Source of the DNA: an uncultured Armatimonadetes bacterium
Lineage (GTDB): Bacteria; Armatimonadota; Hebobacteria; Hebobacterales; Hebobacteraceae
Assembly (NCBI GenBank): GCA_963716175.1
Contig: OY970296.1
Span: 736,001 to 800,000, forward strand
DNA length: 64,000 bases
Direction of reading: 5' to 3'
Under the pieces are notes generated by a model. The model ran no database searches. It was given only the letters and a program-made list of their open reading frames with translations, and had not been told where the DNA came from. Of this stretch, positions 41,186 through 51,681 are shown piece by piece (position 1 is the first letter of the stretch; the number at the start of each line of letters is the position of its first letter). The translations under genes were made by a program, and so were the position numbers.

Positions 41186-42850
41186 CTAGCGCCTCGCCAG
41201 CAAGAGCGCCCAGTCTCCGCCTTCGGGCAGTTCCGGCGAGGTCCAGACGGGGCCGGTCACATCCGGGAGTCCCTGCCATCCGCCCGAGCGTGGGTTGTAG
41301 CGGCGGGCGCGATAGGTGCCAGGTGCGAGGTGCACGGTCGTACGGCCGCCCGAAGGGAGGTAGATAGCGTACTGCTTCCCCGGCTCCGCGAGGCACATCG
41401 CGCCGCCCTCCACCAGGTTGTCATGTGGCTGCGTCTTCCACCACTCGAACGCTCGGAAGAACCGTTCGATGCGCCGGTAGCCGACGAGCATCGTCATGGT
41501 GTCGTCGCCCCGGCCATTGATCCAGCCGCCGCCGCTATCGGGGCCCCAGCCGGTGCCGCGGTCGGCCCGCTCCCCCGTCGTCTGGTAGCCGCCGGCCATG
41601 TAGATGCCCCAGGCCAGGCGGCGCCGATTGTCCGCGCAGCGCCCCGGGGGGTCGGTGGGATCGTCTCCCCAGTGCGGGTAGTGGTCTTCGTAACCGTACT
41701 CCTCGTTCACCTGCGGCATGTGTCGACCCGTCTCCGCCTCGCGACGGCGATTCCCGAGCATGAACGCGTGTCCGCCCGACCCGTCCCAGGACTGGTACAT
41801 GGCGAAGTCGGCCCAGGGCGAGGTGCGGAAGTGGAAATCCTCGAACCCGTGCACCGACGTCAGATGGTCATACGGATCGCATCGCCTGAGGAAGGTTCCC
41901 ATCTTTTCGGCCCATGCATCGTCGCGGAAGGACTGGTACTCATTGCTCACATCCCACATCACGTTCGAGAACGCGGAGAAGCGGGCCGCCGCGTAGCGGT
42001 AGTAGCGCTGCTCGTCCTCGCCGCCAGCGCGCTCCTTCCCAAAGGGATAGGTGCCCCGTCGGGAGCCATCCACGTAGAAGACGACCGAGATCACCATGTC
42101 CCGGTCCCGCGCCGCGCGCAGCATCCGGTCCCACTTCTGCCAGTAGGCGACGTGAACGCGCGTCACATCGAAGTCCGGATCCTCCACACTCTCGGGATGG
42201 GCCGCCACCCATGGGTTCAGCAGGAAGCTGAACTCTCGGGTTGGGTAGACGTGCTCGAACCAGGCCCGGCCGTTCTCCACGCGGCCGCAGATGGCGACCC
42301 GCAGGCGGTTGACACCGAGCCGATGCAGCCGCTCGATGTTGCGCTCGATGTTGCGGTCGTCCCAGCCCATGAGGAAGTACGTCGTCGTGCCGTTGTAGAA
42401 GTAGTGCTCGCCCGTGCCCTCCCAGATGAAGTGCCAGGGATGCTCCTTGTCCACCCGCACCAGCCCGCGGCGCTTGCTCTTCGTCGCCCGGAAGGAGCCC
42501 GAGTGCGTCTGCGAGCCAGCCGGCCCGCGCCACGTGACGGAGTAGTGATAGGCGCCCGGGACAGTGGGGAGGAACCGAATGCGGTAGACGGAGCCATCGG
42601 CCGAGTCACAGAAGCCATCCACTTCCACCGGCTGGCCGCCCGTGGGCTGGAACTGGCCCCTCACCTCTGCATCGACGAATGGGTTCTGCGGGCGGGGCGA
42701 TGCGACAGCGAGCGTGACTTCGACGAATTCGTAGGTGGGAACGGACGCGGCGGACTGAGAGAAACTGACAGACACGGTCGGCGCTCCTCTGAGTGGCACA
42801 CATGACAGCAGACACATCGCGGACAGAGGCAGGCGCACAAGGCGGCTCAT
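41186..42850 (-). CDS. DUF5060/DUF4038 glycoside-hydrolase-like protein
   Basis: NPFVD..VDGFCD..YRIRFLP (DUF5060); WDVSNEY, DPYDHLTSVH, NEEYGYE. Confidence 0.85.
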   Translation of the reverse strand: MSRLVRLPLSAMCLLSCVPLRGAPTVSVSFSQSAASVPTYEFVEVTLAVASPRPQNPFVDAEVRGQFQPTGGQPVEVDGFCDSADGSVYRIRFLPTVPGAYHYSVTWRGPAGSQTHSGSFRATKSKRRGLVRVDKEHPWHFIWEGTGEHYFYNGTTTYFLMGWDDRNIERNIERLHRLGVNRLRVAICGRVENGRAWFEHVYPTREFSFLLNPWVAAHPESVEDPDFDVTRVHVAYWQKWDRMLRAARDRDMVISVVFYVDGSRRGTYPFGKERAGGEDEQRYYRYAAARFSAFSNVMWDVSNEYQSFRDDAWAEKMGTFLRRCDPYDHLTSVHGFEDFHFRTSPWADFAMYQSWDGSGGHAFMLGNRRREAETGRHMPQVNEEYGYEDHYPHWGDDPTDPPGRCADNRRRLAWGIYMAGGYQTTGERADRGTGWGPDSGGGWINGRGDDTMTMLVGYRRIERFFRAFEWWKTQPHDNLVEGGAMCLAEPGKQYAIYLPSGGRTTVHLAPGTYRARRYNPRSGGWQGLPDVTGPVWTSPELPEGGDWALLLARR

Positions 42851-42875
42851 GGCGTGGCCTCGCCTCCGGTGGCTA

Positions 42876-43739
42876 TCATCGCCGGGCTTCGCCAGCTGGC
42901 TCCAGGACCGCCTGCCAGATCTCGACCTGCTTCGGACCCTCGTAGTTCTTTCCCACGATGGCCGACAGCGCGCCCGGCGTCAACCGCCCCACCTGCGCGT
43001 TGTGTGTGCCCGTGGTGGCCAGCACCAGGCGTTGCCACCGCTCCCCCGCCGGTCCGCGCCGGTACACCAGCAGGCGCTTACCGGGGCTCGTATGCATCTC
43101 GCCCGCCATCACCTCCAGCCACCCGTCTCCATCGAAGTCGGCCACCTCCAGGCTGTGCGCGCCTTCCAACGGCCCCACGTCAATGACGTGCTCGCGCCAG
43201 GTCGGATTCTCGAACCAGGAGAGGCGGCCACCACCATTGATGTCGCCGACCGCTAAGTCGTGCGCCCACCCGCCGCCGATGCGGTGGCGCTTCCAGCCCT
43301 CCGGGCGGAAGGGATCGCCGACCCGCTCATACCACTCGATCTGGTCGGTCTGCAGGTTACTCGCGATGACCTCGGCCTTGCCGTCCCCCTTGAGGTCGGC
43401 AACCTCGCCATCGGTGGTAAACTCGCCCGGGCCAATCACGTAGCGCTTCCAGTCCGGGTTGTGGTACCAGACCAGCCCGATCGACTCTTGCGACCCGACG
43501 ACGATGTCGGTGCGCCCGTCGCCGTCGAGATCGCCCATCGCGCAGACGTCGAGATACCCCTTATCTCCCGAGGGTGGGTTCGCATCAACGACTCTGTGCT
43601 CGAATCTCAACTCGTCAGCCACTGCGTCTCCTCCGGTCATTACCATCACCGAACAGAGCGCAACGATGAGTGTCAGGGTCAGGCCCGCGCGTGTCGCGCG
43701 GAGTGCAGTTCCGGCTCGCCTGCCGTATGGCCTTCTCAT
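42876..43739 (-). CDS. FG-GAP/VCBS repeat protein, apparently internally shortened
   Basis: GDLDGDGRTDIV, ADLKGDGKAEVI, HSLEVADFDGDGWLEV; ATGA overlap with the upstream gene. Confidence 0.75.
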   Translation of the reverse strand: MRRPYGRRAGTALRATRAGLTLTLIVALCSVMVMTGGDAVADELRFEHRVVDANPPSGDKGYLDVCAMGDLDGDGRTDIVVGSQESIGLVWYHNPDWKRYVIGPGEFTTDGEVADLKGDGKAEVIASNLQTDQIEWYERVGDPFRPEGWKRHRIGGGWAHDLAVGDINGGGRLSWFENPTWREHVIDVGPLEGAHSLEVADFDGDGWLEVMAGEMHTSPGKRLLVYRRGPAGERWQRLVLATTGTHNAQVGRLTPGALSAIVGKNYEGPKQVEIWQAVLEPAGEARR

Positions 43740-46012
43740 CGCACCACTTCCCACAGCTGTACGTAGACGCTGTCGGTCCAGCCATGGCTCATGATTCCGA
43801 GCTTGCCGCCGCCGAGGGCGATCACCTTCGCGCCGTCGTGGTGCTCGAAACGGTCGTCGACGACGAAACGCTTCCAGGCCCGCGCCTGTGCGTCCGCGGC
43901 CTTGTAGACGAGCAGCCGGCTGCGGGTGCGGTAGGGCCAGAACGGGTCATGCTCGCCGACGATGAGCTCAAGCTTCCCGTCGCCATCAAGGTCAGCGACA
44001 TCCAGCGAGTGCGGACTCCGCACCTTGTCGATCACGTGCACGATCCATGGCTTGCGCACATCCTCGGGCTGCGCGAAGTACCCGACCGGCGCGAAGAACG
44101 CCTTCCGCACGCCGTAGTCGAGTTTCTCCTCGACGAATACGATCTCCAGCTTCCCGTCGCCGTTGATATCCGCCGCGCGCACGCGGGCGATGCCCCGCGG
44201 CTCCTCCGAGATCACGCGCGGCACGAACGTGCCATCGCCCTTGTTCTCGAGCCACCAGCGGCCGGCGACGATGTCGAGGGCGCCGTCGCCAGTGAGATCG
44301 TGGGCCACCAACTCCTCGCCATACGGGATCTTCGCCAGCGTGCGCTTGGGCCACGGCTTGGTGGGATCACCAGGCACTTCGAACAGCTCAGGGCCAGCGC
44401 CGCCGTCGGTCGCGTCGTGGTAGCCGATCACGAGCGCGAGCTTGCCGCCGGGCAACAGCGGCGCAACGAGGCTTCCGTGGGGCCAGTCGCCGCTTCCCGT
44501 GCCGATGGCATGCTCCTCCCACTTGCCCTGGAGCGGATCGACGGGCTTGAGCCAGACCAGTTCGCTCGTGAGCCCGTCGTAGCCGGAGGAGGCGCCGGCC
44601 CGCTGCTTGGTAGCGAGGATCTCCTTGCGCCCGTCACCGTCGAGGTCATACGCGTTGATGACTTGGTGGACGCCAGGGATGCCGTGTCGTTCCCAGCCGC
44701 CATTCCGGTACCACCACGACCCGCACAGGACGTCGTTCTTGCCGTCCCCGTCCACATCGGCGGCCAGGATGTCGATGGCGGTGTAGGGTTTGTCGCGGTC
44801 GAGGAGGCGGTGCTCGAAGCGAACGGGCAGGGAAGGCCGGTCCGGGCGATCCCAGATGTGAACCGCAGGAACCTGCCACTGCTTCCCGATCACCTCGCGG
44901 GCGCCGTCGCCATCGATGTCGCGCATGACGGCCTGGTGCGTGCCCTGCCCTCTCGAGATGAGTTCGGACCACCAGGTCGCGCCATGGTCGGAGGTGGTGA
45001 ACTGGGCCACGCGGGCATCCCAGTTGCGGGGCGCGTCCCAGCCGCCGGCCGCCATCTCCGCGATGAAGATGTGGGCGCGCTTCCCCTCGTTCCAGGCCTC
45101 CAGCGAATGCGCGTAGACCCAGTCTCGGTCGATCTCATGCTCAATCCAGGGGTGTTGCGAGTTCTCACGGAGGCGGTTCTCGAACCAGGAGAAGCGGCCG
45201 TCCATGTACTCGGACTCGGCGATGACGATATCGGGGCGGCCGCGCCCGGTGATGTCGACCAACGCGGTGCGACACATCTCGCGGAAGTTGGGAGCGAAGA
45301 CGGTGCGCGGCCAGGGGCCCGCGTAGGGGCCGGCCTTCGGCTGGAGGTAGACGTATGGCCCGTGCACGAGGTCCAGCCGGCCGTCGCCATTGAGGTCGCC
45401 GATGGAGACGCCCTCGGCGAAGACGCCCTGATCGACGGCGTGCTTGCGCCAGGGTGCGGTAACGTCGGCTCCGGGCCGGTAGATGAAGAGGCCAGGGTGC
45501 GGGCAGTAGGCGGCATTCGCGATGAGCTCGCGCTTCCCGTCACCATCCATGTCGGCAAACAGGATATCGTGGGCGGACCCATCGCAGGCGTCGTCAATGA
45601 CATGGCGCTGCCAGGCGCCGTGCAGATCACCGTCAGGCCGGAACCAGACGATCCGCTGCGGACCGCCGGTCTCCTCGGCCGTCACCACCTCCAGGCGCCC
45701 GTCGCCGCCCACGTCCTCCAGGGCCAGCCCGACCCCGAAGGAGCCAAGGGCGACGCGGCCCCGCTCGCCCGTGGTCGGCCGATACCAGAGCAGCGACCCC
45801 TCGCCGCCGGTGACGATCTCCTGGCGGCCATCGCCGTCCAGGTCGCCTGCGGCCAGGCTCCCCAGGCTCTTCGCCTGGTCCGGGTCAGCATCCAGGATCG
45901 TCAGTTCCCAGCGTCCGTTCATGGACTTCTCCTTGGCGGCCGCGGGGCCCTGCGGAAGGCCCATCGAGACGGCCGCGCCCACCAGCACAATGAGAGCAAT
46001 CGGCAACTTCAT
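43736..46012 (-). CDS. Secreted FG-GAP/VCBS double beta-propeller protein
   Basis: Signal peptide MKLPIALIVLVGAA; many DxDGDGxxE/DI repeats. Confidence 0.88.
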   Translation of the reverse strand: MKLPIALIVLVGAAVSMGLPQGPAAAKEKSMNGRWELTILDADPDQAKSLGSLAAGDLDGDGRQEIVTGGEGSLLWYRPTTGERGRVALGSFGVGLALEDVGGDGRLEVVTAEETGGPQRIVWFRPDGDLHGAWQRHVIDDACDGSAHDILFADMDGDGKRELIANAAYCPHPGLFIYRPGADVTAPWRKHAVDQGVFAEGVSIGDLNGDGRLDLVHGPYVYLQPKAGPYAGPWPRTVFAPNFREMCRTALVDITGRGRPDIVIAESEYMDGRFSWFENRLRENSQHPWIEHEIDRDWVYAHSLEAWNEGKRAHIFIAEMAAGGWDAPRNWDARVAQFTTSDHGATWWSELISRGQGTHQAVMRDIDGDGAREVIGKQWQVPAVHIWDRPDRPSLPVRFEHRLLDRDKPYTAIDILAADVDGDGKNDVLCGSWWYRNGGWERHGIPGVHQVINAYDLDGDGRKEILATKQRAGASSGYDGLTSELVWLKPVDPLQGKWEEHAIGTGSGDWPHGSLVAPLLPGGKLALVIGYHDATDGGAGPELFEVPGDPTKPWPKRTLAKIPYGEELVAHDLTGDGALDIVAGRWWLENKGDGTFVPRVISEEPRGIARVRAADINGDGKLEIVFVEEKLDYGVRKAFFAPVGYFAQPEDVRKPWIVHVIDKVRSPHSLDVADLDGDGKLELIVGEHDPFWPYRTRSRLLVYKAADAQARAWKRFVVDDRFEHHDGAKVIALGGGKLGIMSHGWTDSVYVQLWEVVR

Positions 46013-46063
46013 GGTTCTCCCCAGGCCCTGTAGGCCAACACTGGAGGCGGAGCGGCGCACCCG

Positions 46064-46969
46064 TCACTTCCCGGCTGGCGTCACCGGGAGCTTGCCATCC
46101 GCAAGCTGCTTGCCGACGGCCAGCATCTCCTCCGCCCCTCCTATCACCAGATAGAGGTGGCCCGTGAACGGCCGCCGGTGGCCCTTGCTCGCATAGGGAG
46201 GACTCCACTCGACGTGCGGGAACCACTCGATCCCGCGGTACTCGCCTATGTGCTTCATCACGCTGGTGTCGGCCACCGGCATCACCCGGCCGAGACCCCG
46301 GCCGTTGGCCGGGTTGTAGACGCCGACAATGATCGATCCATGGTAGTTCAGCGACCCCGCGTCCTCCGGGTCTCCCTTCTCCTCCGGGAGCACGCTGTAG
46401 TACTGGTCGGGGTAGAGGACATGCCCCCGCACCCACTTCTCGGCCCCGTAGACAACCACCTTGCCGGTCGTGGTGCCACCGGGGGAGCCCCAGTCGACGA
46501 CGTTCACCCCGTACTCGAGGTAGTCCATCCTCAAGATGAGGCTATCGGCGTAGATGGTCACTTCCTCCACGGCCTGGTCCCCGTGGTAGGCCGTCGCCTT
46601 GGTCTTCGCCGGCGACTCCAGCCGCACCGTCATCCGATCCGGCCCGACGTGGGTCACCTCGGCCCTGGTGACCGGGCCCCGGCCCTCGTCCGCGCTGAGC
46701 CCCAGCTCATCCAGCATCGCCCCGGCCTGGTTCTCCTCCACTGCCTTGAGGACCAGCTCCTTGATGAAGGCCTCGCGCCCGCTTCCCTGCATCTCTGTCA
46801 CCGCGTAGCGGCAGCGGAGCTTGCTGTTCTCCAGCACCACCTGCATCCCGCCCAGGGGGTCGGGGGTGATGGTGATGCTCCCCCAAGCCGCGGCATAGGC
46901 CGGCAAGGCGCTCAGTCCGAGGATCACCAGGGCGAGCCCGGCTGCGGCCAGCCTCTCGATCATCTCCAT
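46064..46969 (-). CDS. Secreted hypothetical protein
   Basis: Signal peptide MEMIERLAAAGLALVILGLSALPAYA; its AGGAG RBS is the IS110 insertion core. Confidence 0.7.
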   Translation of the reverse strand: MEMIERLAAAGLALVILGLSALPAYAAAWGSITITPDPLGGMQVVLENSKLRCRYAVTEMQGSGREAFIKELVLKAVEENQAGAMLDELGLSADEGRGPVTRAEVTHVGPDRMTVRLESPAKTKATAYHGDQAVEEVTIYADSLILRMDYLEYGVNVVDWGSPGGTTTGKVVVYGAEKWVRGHVLYPDQYYSVLPEEKGDPEDAGSLNYHGSIIVGVYNPANGRGLGRVMPVADTSVMKHIGEYRGIEWFPHVEWSPPYASKGHRRPFTGHLYLVIGGAEEMLAVGKQLADGKLPVTPAGK

Positions 46970-46989
46970 ACCCGTACTCCTATAATGCT

Positions 46990-47200
46990 GCAACTTGGAT
47001 ATCCGTACTGGTTTCACCAGTATGGAGTGGGTTATAGTCTCCGGGCCGGGGCGTCGGGCGCGAGGTCTTCATTTCAGTTACGGCGCGACCGAGAAGAGGA
47101 GAATGACCCCTCGGCGACCGGTCCGGAGCTTGGATTGCAACCTGCGGCACGACCGCGGAATTCAGGAGTCGAAGCGGGACCGGAGGCGACGAGGAGCTCC
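46990..47200 (+). ncRNA. Candidate IS110 bridge RNA
   Basis: Non-coding left end: a 5' hairpin, then two stem / internal-loop / stem units whose loops carry AGAGGAG, ATTGCA and AGGAG matching the target and donor junctions. Confidence 0.55.
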
Positions 47201-47237
47201 CGCGCTGGCGGCAGATCCATTGCCGAGGAGGTGGTGT

Positions 47238-48663
47238 ATGGCGGAAGCGAGGTTGTTGTGCGTGGGCATCGATGTCTCGTCGCGCTCCCTGGAGGTCGGC
47301 TTCTGCGATGGCAGCGGAGCGCCCATCGGCGGCGTGCAGTCCTTCCCCAACGACGCGACCGGCGCGGCCGCGCTCGGCGAGGCCGTGATGGTGATCGCAC
47401 GCGTGTGCGGTCGCGGCACCCAGGTGATGGCGGCGGTGGAGTCCACCGGCGAATATCATCGGGTGGCGGCGAAGGCGCTGCGGGCAGAGACGCGTCGGAC
47501 GATCCAGGTGCACGTGCTCAATCCCCGCGAGGTCAAGTGGTTCCGCAAGCTGGAGCTCAAGGACACCAAGACCGACCGGGTGGATGCCGAGCTGATCGCC
47601 CGATTCCTGGCGAAGATCCGCCCCCAGCCCCGCGCCCCCATGCCCGAGGGATTCGAAGCGCTCCAGGATGCCACTCGCACCCGGCGCCGCTGCGTGGAGG
47701 ATCGCACCTCGCTCAAGAATCGGCTCCACCGGCTGCTGCGCACTCACTTCCCCGGCTATCGGGAAACGCTGGGTGCCAAGTTCAGCGTCCGCACCCTGGT
47801 GGCGCTGGCCGCCTGCCCCTCGCCCCAGGAGCTGCTCCGGCGGGGTGAGGCTCGCCTGAGTGAGTTGCGCAACTCCGACGGCAAGCGTGTCGGAGCCGCC
47901 TTCGCCCGGAAACTGATCGCCCTGGCGAAAGCTGCCCCCGCGCCAACTGCCGATGATGGCGCGTCTCTCCATCCAGGACGCGGCCGTCCGCATCCTGCAA
48001 CTGAATCGTTTCCTTCACGGCATGGACGCAGCCGTCGCCCAGGAGCTGGAGCGGCTCTTCCCAGATACGGTTCTGGCTTCGGTGCCGGGCCTGGGCCCGG
48101 TCTCGGTGGCTTCCATCCTGGCCGAGACAGCCGACATCCGTCGCTTCCCGCACAAAGAGACTTTCGTGGGCTACTGTGGGCTCTATCCCATTGCCTGGGA
48201 GAGCGGAGACACCAAGCTGCGCTTCCGCATGACCCGCAAGGGCAACCGCATGCTGAAGATGACTCTGCTGGTGGCCTCGGCCGCCGCCCGCCAATACAAC
48301 CCGGCGATCCGCCACTTCTACGCCCGCCTGCGAGCCCGAGGCAAATCCAAGAAAGCAGCCGGAGGTGCCATCGCCCGAAAGATGGCTGAGATCGTCTGGG
48401 CCGTGCTCACCTTCAATCAACCTTGGTCGGAAGAGATCGCCCTGCGCGGAATCGCTCGGGGAGAAGAGATGGCCCAGACACCGAAGGGGGAGCGACGCCT
48501 CACTGGAGATGCCGCGGGTCAAGCCCCGATGCAATCGGGACGACCACTCAAGGCGGCGTCGAGGTCTCGCGCTCCCCAGCGTAATTCTACCATCAGCGCT
48601 GGGAAAAACAAGCCGCCACATCTCCAACTTACTCGCTATGCCAGAGGCACGATTACCCCTTGA
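47238..48663 (+). pseudogene. IS110 DEDD recombinase, frameshifted near 47945
   Basis: VGIDVS, VESTGEYH, KTDRVDA (DEDD); SVPGLGPV..YCGLYP..WESG..KGNRMLK..AIARKM in the next frame. Confidence 0.9.
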
Positions 48664-49121
48664 CATCAGTTATTGCATCTCCTCTCCCGCTCACGGTCTG
48701 TGCTCGACGAACAGCACCGGCCCCGGCCAGTTCACCTCCGCCGCGTGCTCCTCCGTGCTGGAGCAGAGATGGAAGGCGTTGTGCTCCCCAGAGACCCTAT
48801 CCGGGCACTCCTGGGCGGTTTCCTTCCTCGCTGAGTCGGGGCTGTCCTTGCCTGATGAGTGCCGTTTCGGGCTTCCTGCTTACTGCCGGATGCATGTCGC
48901 AGTGCCATCGGGCCCCATACCCGACAAGACCTCGGGCCGTGGCTCCAGCCAAGGCGGCAGCCTGAGTCGGGCGTGCCCGGGGACTCTCCGTGCTCGCCGC
49001 GCAGCCCCTAGCGGTGCTGAGCCCAAACAGCCCCATCTCGGATGCACTGGGAATCGGGGTTCAGATCCCTTTTGGTTGGGAAGGTGCTGGTAGTCTGTAG
49101 AAGCGCAGCCGCGCTCGATGA

Positions 49122-49433
49122 TCACGCGCTAGGCCCGAACTCGCGTCTGACTTCGAAAACCACCGGAGTCTTCGGATCCGGGCAGGCATGGACTACCGCA
49201 TCGGCGTCTGCTGCCCAGCGGAAGCGCGCTTCGTTGTGGAGCGCATACACCTTGGGCATCAGGGAAGTCAGCGCCCCCAAGCAGATGGTCCCCTGTACGT
49301 TGACACACGCGTCGTTGACGCACTCGAACACGATCTGATCTCCGGGTTGGTGTACGCGACAGCCGTTGGATTCCCGTACGGCGACGATGATCCTCATCGG
49401 AGCAGGCCGCCTTTCCTCACCACTTGTACTCAT
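49122..49433 (-). CDS. TIGR04076-family small Cys-rich protein
   Basis: GCRVHQPGDQI..ICLGAL..ACPDPKTPVVFEVRR; AAAGGAA RBS. Confidence 0.75.
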   Translation of the reverse strand: MSTSGEERRPAPMRIIVAVRESNGCRVHQPGDQIVFECVNDACVNVQGTICLGALTSLMPKVYALHNEARFRWAADADAVVHACPDPKTPVVFEVRREFGPSA

Positions 49434-49805
49434 CGACGTTCCTTTCTCTCGTCTCGTATCTCGCGAGACCCTTGGAGTACGTGTCCGTGTCAAACGCCGA
49501 TGGGACACCCCACACCGGCTTCTGAGCTTGCATGGCAGGCGGAGTCGGTCTACCATATGAGACCTTTGGGCGGCACCTCCGAGCGCCCTACTCTGACTTC
49601 AAGTGGTACAGGAGCAGTGCCGGGCAAACAACTCCCCAAGGCTCTCAGGCCGGCTCCATGGGCGGTTGGCATGGACAGCCAGCGTCAGGTCACAGAGGAC
49701 GAGCGAACGCCCCTCAGCGTCCAGCTGCACGTTGTCGCGAGCCGGCCCCGCTCGAACGCCTCCGCGGTCGGCGTCTGATCTGTCAGCGTCACGGCCATCA
49801 CTTCC

Positions 49806-51294
49806 TCACTTGCCTTCCACGACCACGTGCAGCCGCGCGGTGGCCGTGACCTCTCCTTCGGTGTGCTCCACCCGCACGAGGTAGTGGCCGGGCTTGGCGT
49901 AACGATGCACCGTCGGCACGTAGCCATCCGGGGCCATCGCGTCACTCCCATCCGGCCTGACCGGGTTGCACGTCACCCTCACCGGAGGCGTCCCGTCGCC
50001 GAAGTCCCACGCCGCGGTGCCGTCCACCGCGTTGAACACCCGCACCAGGAACGTCACCGGATCACCCGGCTTGATGGCCAGCGTCGGCGCGTAGGTGGCA
50101 TGGATACCGGCCGGCATCTTGTCTTTCGCCGAATCGAACACCTGAACCACGGCGAAGTCGTAGTCCACGCGGCCGCTGGCATCGGAGACCTGCACAGTCT
50201 CGCTGTAGATGCCGGGTCGCGGCATACTTGCGCGTCACCTGCGCCCTGTCAAACGTGCTCCCGTCGCTGAGCGTCCATCGGTACGTTCGCGTCCCGTCCT
50301 GGGACCAGGAGCGGGAGGCGTCGAGCGCCACCGCCTGGCCTGGGGACACCAGCGTGTGCGGTCGCGCTACCGCCAGCACCGGGGGGTGTTGCGCGCGCCG
50401 GTAGGCCTCTATCAGGTACGCGTATCCCTCCTCAGCCCCCCACTTGCCGGAGGGCTGCCGGGCGAAGATGCCGTAGTGTAGGTGCGACCAGCCGCCGCTG
50501 TCACCCTCCTTGCCGAGGAGGCCGATCAGGTCGCCCTGGCGGAGGCGCGCCCCCATCTCTATGCCTGGCGCGAAGCTCTTCAGATGGCAGTACAAGTGCA
50601 TCCACCCGCGGTCATCGAGGACCACGATGCGTTCGTCCCGCGGGTCATACCACGACCCGACATCCTTCTGCTTCTCTTTCCCCTTCGCCACGATCACCCC
50701 ATCAGTCGCGGACACCACCTCGATCAGTCCCTCCGCGCCGCCGAGGTCGAGGCCGTCGTGATAGTAGATGCGCTCGCGGCTGATATCCGGGGTGACGTCC
50801 ACGTAGCAGGCCTCGTTCGCCATCTGCGTCATGCTCGCGAACCAGCGCTGCCGCGCGGGGTAGGTGAACGTGCCCGGCTCGGTCCAGGACGAGCCGGCGG
50901 GCCAGACGCGCAGGCGCGCATCCTTCTCCAACCCCCAGGAGTCGGAGCCGGTATTCCGGTAGTAGGCCTTGGTGATGGGGCAGTCTACCTGCACCTTCCC
51001 CACCGTCGTCGGCAGGTTGTAGTTGCCGCTGGCGAGCCACACCTCCTCCTCACCGATCCGCACCTTCACCTTCGCCGCGACCACCGCGTCCGACAGTGGG
51101 TTGGTGGTCTCGGCCAGCTCCAGCAACTGCACCCGCACCGTCTCGCCGTTGCTGAGCTTCACCTGCGCGGCCTCTCCCACGCGCAGATCCACCACGCGCC
51201 GCAGCGGCTCCGCCGGACGCGCCGCACCGTGCGAGAGCGTCGCTGCTAGGCCGAGGCATAGCCAGACGAACGTCAGAGAAACGGTCTGGTGCAC
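49806..51294 (-). CDS. M23 peptidase plus PKD domain protein, frameshifted near 50220
   Basis: YHDGLDLG, YCHL, HLHYGI (M23); PKD motifs; C-terminal RPGIYSE..WDFGDGT in a second frame. Confidence 0.82.
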
Positions 51295-51634
51295 CGTGAG
51301 CTTCCTCCGATCCCTACCGGTTCCACGCCAGGCGATGTGCTCCTATCGCTACATGTCGGGTGTCGGTTTTCGGGCGCGGCCCCGGCGAGACTGGAAGATG
51401 TCCCGCGACCGCATGGACGTCACAGGGCGTAGTGCCCAAAAACTCATCTGGTTCCCAGAACGCTCCTGCAGCTCCCATCGTGGTGTTCTCAGCGATCGCT
51501 GAGACTCCTGTGATGGAAGGCGCGGAGGAAGGGAGATGATGATTGGCTGGGGCTGAACTGGGCGGGCCTGCCCGTGATCGCCACCGTGGTGCGGGTGCTG
51601 TGCCATACCGGACGCAGACGCGAACGAACCCTGG

Positions 51635-51681
51635 CAGTGACTCCCAGCCGAGGGGGTAGCCGGAGTCGGGAGTGGCCGGGA
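51635..51681 (+). repeat. Dispersed hairpin repeat, copy 5
   Basis: cagtGACTCCcagccgagggggtagccGGAGTCgggagtggccggg. Confidence 0.8.

Larger units (their letters stand above)
46977..48683 (+). mobile_element. IS110-family element
   Basis: Bounded by CTCCT at 46977-46981 and 48679-48683; no terminal IRs; TATAAT at the left end and TTGACA at the right end. Confidence 0.88.

Noticed and set aside
43670-47848. Long + strand ORFs (43670-46033, 46157-47848; similarly 41144-42805, 26139-27863, 10326-11495)
   Set aside because: These are antisense or off-frame shadows of well-supported genes, common in GC-rich DNA, and carry no motifs.
48691-48815. Short minus-strand reading ending ..VNWPGPVLFVEHRP* before the IS110 target
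   Set aside because: It is probably the tail of a deleted gene, but too short to assign.
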